A stretch of 64,000 nt of DNA from an uncultured Parasporobacterium sp. (GTDB taxonomy: Bacteria; Bacillota; Clostridia; Lachnospirales; Lachnospiraceae), in NCBI GenBank assembly GCA_963676435.2, contig CAXXOZ010000007.1, forward strand, positions 4,359 through 68,358. Reading direction: 5' to 3'. Position numbers and translations under genes: made by a program. The number at the start of each line of letters is the position of its first letter. Position 1 is the stretch's first letter. Shown here piece by piece: positions 61,607-64,000 of this stretch. The notes beneath the pieces are model-generated. The model saw only the letters and a list, made by a program, of their open reading frames with translations, was not told where the DNA came from and searched no databases.

Positions 61607-61632
61607 AGCCCTTGAAATTTTTTTCAAGGGCT
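61607..61632. terminator. Bidirectional terminator ending the long + strand operon and the PBP gene
   Basis: AGCCCTTGAAA-tttt-TTTCAAGGGCT with an A run upstream and a T run downstream. Confidence 0.8.
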
Positions 61633-61644
61633 CAAATTTTATTA

Positions 61645-64000
61645 TTAAGGCGAAGGAGGTGCTTCCGTAGTAGTTTCTTCTTCTGTTGTAGTTTCCTCTT
61701 CACCTGTGTGTAGTTTACATACCGTATCTAAAAAGCCTTTAGGTATTTCAAATTCTGTATCAGCAGTTGTACCTTCAGAGCCTTCAGGTCTGATTCTGTA
61801 TACTACAGTTTCAGTATCAGGACAGTAGCTTGTAGCTAAATCCCCACTATCCTCACATACAGTTAAAGCTATATGTGCATCACAGGTTTCTGTTGGAACA
61901 GTACCAGCTGCAAAGTATTCAGTGTATACTGTAGAACCACCAGGGTCTGCATTACAAAGACCATCTACTGCTAGTTTACCAGATTTTGAACATATTGAAG
62001 CTGTTACAATATTACCTGGCATTGGCATAATGGTTTTGTTTCCATAACCTTTTTCAGAGTGTACCTGACTCATTATTTTGCTCCAAATAACTTTATGATA
62101 TACCCAGTCAGACATTTCTAGATTTTCATCATGTCCCATCCATACAGCCGCTGTTAAATATCCAGAGTATCCAACAAACCAAAGGTCATTTCTACTTGAT
62201 GTTGTACCAGTTTTACCTGCTACAGTGAGTCCTGGAACTGCTGCTGGTGTACCAGTTCCTTTTGTAACAACGTCCTGCATAGCACTATTTAATAACCATG
62301 CGGTTGAGTCTTTCATAACTGTTTCAGTTTCTGGTTCATTGTCTATAATAACTCGTCCGTTTTTATCAAGGATTTTTGTATATAATATTGGTTCTGTATA
62401 AGTTCCACTATTTGCTATGGTAGCATATGCAGCACAAAGTTCAATATTTGTAACACCCTGACCTATACCACCAAGGGCAAGAGCCTGAACCACATCTTCA
62501 GTTGTAATAGTTGAAAAACCAAACTTTTGTAAATATTCATAACCTGTATATGTACCCACATCTGTTGAAGTCTTTACAGCAAGAATGTTCATTGAATGCC
62601 AAATACCTTTTCTTACTGTGTTCAGACCTTCATATCCTGAGTACCAGTTTTTGATATATGTTCCATTAGCATAGGCATATGGAGCATCGTCAATGGCGGT
62701 TCCTAGTGTATATCCTCCAATATCAAGGGCAGGAGCATAAGCTGCTAAAACCTTAAATGTTGAACCAGGTTGTCTAGTTGTGTCTGTGGCTCTGTTTAGT
62801 GTTAAACTTCCAGTTTTTTCTCCTCGTCCACCTACCAGAGCTTTTACTTCACCAGTGTGCTGATCCATAATGGAGAATGAAACCTGAGGTTGAATAGTAT
62901 AAGTAATATCAGTTTCAGCAAGTGTTTCTCCACCCACTGTTGACAATTTGTATTCCTTAAATTCATCTATACATTCTACAATATCCTCTTTCGAATTAAA
63001 GTTCAAAGTGAAGTTTGAGTCACCTTTTACAGTTCTATAGTAGTTGTAAATATGACCTTTTGAGTAGTTGTGATTTACACCTTCTTCATCTGTTAAAGTC
63101 CATGCCCAGTCAAATGAATAGTAAATTTTATCAGGATAATTACTTTCGTCTGTAAGGACATCATCACATATTTGTTGAATCTCAGAATCTTGAGTAGAGT
63201 ATATCTGCAAACCACCTTTGTATAATGCATCATATGCCTGACTTGCTGAATATCCTTTTTCTTCCTGTAAATCTTCAAGTACCTGTTCGATTAATGCATC
63301 TGTAAAATATGTATATATTGCTGTGTTTGATTTACCAGCAGTATTTGCCTGAATTCGTGAATAAATATCATCATTTATTGCTTCATCATATTCTTCTTGA
63401 GTAATATGACCGTTTTTAAGCATGTTACTTAAAACTTTAGCTCTTCTTTCCGCATTTTTTTCTGGATATGAAGAAGGGTTATAAGTAGGGTTTTGTGCAA
63501 TTGCTGCCAAAACAGCACTTTCAGAAATAGTAAGCTCTGAAACCTCCTTACCAAAATAATACGAAGTAGCTGTAACAACACCATAGTTTCCAGCACCTAA
63601 ATTTATTGTATTTAGATAATTCTCTAATATAATGGATTTATCCATTTCTTTTTCGATTTCTAGGGCTAAATATTGCTCTTGAATCTTTCTTTTTACAAGA
63701 GAACCCATATTTGTCTCGAATCCACCACTTTCAAAGACGTTATTTTTTATAAGCTGCTGTGTAATCGTACTTGCACCTTCAAAGCCTGAACCAGATAGAG
63801 TAACAAAAGCTGCTCTTAAAATACCTTGAAGGTCAATTCCTTTGTGTTCGTAGAAACGCTCATCTTCAATGTCTACAAAAGCATACTGAAGACATTCTGG
63901 CATTTCATCAATTGAAATATCGGTTCTGTTTGAACCGTCTGTAGAAATACTTGTTGCCAATTCTCCGTCAGAATAGTAAACTTTTGTCGCATAAGCAGAA
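61645..64000 (-). CDS. Class A penicillin-binding protein (PBP1A-type transglycosylase/transpeptidase), N-terminus outside window
   Basis: GT51 motifs (EDERFYEHKGID, GASTITQQL), transpeptidase motifs STFK and KTGTT. The ORF stays open to the window edge. C-terminal EEETTT x2 tail. Confidence 0.9.
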   Translation of the reverse strand, partial: SAYATKVYYSDGELATSISTDGSNRTDISIDEMPECLQYAFVDIEDERFYEHKGIDLQGILRAAFVTLSGSGFEGASTITQQLIKNNVFESGGFETNMGSLVKRKIQEQYLALEIEKEMDKSIILENYLNTINLGAGNYGVVTATSYYFGKEVSELTISESAVLAAIAQNPTYNPSSYPEKNAERRAKVLSNMLKNGHITQEEYDEAINDDIYSRIQANTAGKSNTAIYTYFTDALIEQVLEDLQEEKGYSASQAYDALYKGGLQIYSTQDSEIQQICDDVLTDESNYPDKIYYSFDWAWTLTDEEGVNHNYSKGHIYNYYRTVKGDSNFTLNFNSKEDIVECIDEFKEYKLSTVGGETLAETDITYTIQPQVSFSIMDQHTGEVKALVGGRGEKTGSLTLNRATDTTRQPGSTFKVLAAYAPALDIGGYTLGTAIDDAPYAYANGTYIKNWYSGYEGLNTVRKGIWHSMNILAVKTSTDVGTYTGYEYLQKFGFSTITTEDVVQALALGGIGQGVTNIELCAAYATIANSGTYTEPILYTKILDKNGRVIIDNEPETETVMKDSTAWLLNSAMQDVVTKGTGTPAAVPGLTVAGKTGTTSSRNDLWFVGYSGYLTAAVWMGHDENLEMSDWVYHKVIWSKIMSQVHSEKGYGNKTIMPMPGNIVTASICSKSGKLAVDGLCNADPGGSTVYTEYFAAGTVPTETCDAHIALTVCEDSGDLATSYCPDTETVVYRIRPEGSEGTTADTEFEIPKGFLDTVCKLHTGEEETTTEEETTTEAPPSP

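Noticed and set aside
1-64000. Scan for CRISPR arrays, tRNA/rRNA genes, integrases or prophage genes, and known defence-system hallmarks.
   Set aside because: No regularly spaced direct repeats and no tRNA-like or rRNA-like sequence were noticed. The only mobile gene is the single IS transposase. This visual scan cannot exclude short or degenerate elements.

Overview
Densely coding chromosomal segment from a low-GC (about 30%) Firmicute, most likely class Clostridia. All calls rest on motif recognition by eye in the six-frame translations; no database search was run. The housekeeping backbone is tig-clpP-clpX-lon-engB, then rho-rpmE-(DUF1385)-prmC-prfA-aminotransferase-hisC, plus clpB, citrate synthase, rarA, valS and a partial class A PBP. 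Between these lie several accessory blocks. There are three c-di-GMP genes: a decayed GGDEF-EAL gene, a 1282-aa REC-GGDEF*-EAL-PAS-GGDEF protein, and an HD-GYP protein. One ISLre2-like insertion sequence with 9-bp target duplications sits just upstream of the clpB promoter. Further blocks are an ABC-2 exporter with a divergent HisKA_3/NarL two-component system, a FetAB-like ABC pair, and an ArsR/HMA/P1B-ATPase metal-efflux operon with a clear operator. The best candidate for an undescribed system is a tightly coupled four-gene module at 49195-55939. It encodes a 1178-aa protein with beta-sandwich-like and helical-repeat regions, an Hsp70/actin-fold protein with degenerate nucleotide-binding loops, a TPR-like protein, and a coiled-coil two-TM protein. 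The module sits inside an apparently terminator-free 15-kb operon that also carries valS, which has no room for its usual T-box leader. Other points of interest are a GC-rich structured intergenic repeat present in two full copies with compensatory stem changes, and a third degenerate copy split by the IS. A perfect 27-bp palindrome overlaps the predicted clpB -10 box. Seven frame disruptions affect five genes, several of them in homopolymer runs; these may be real decay, phase variation or assembly error. No rRNA, tRNA or CRISPR array was seen.
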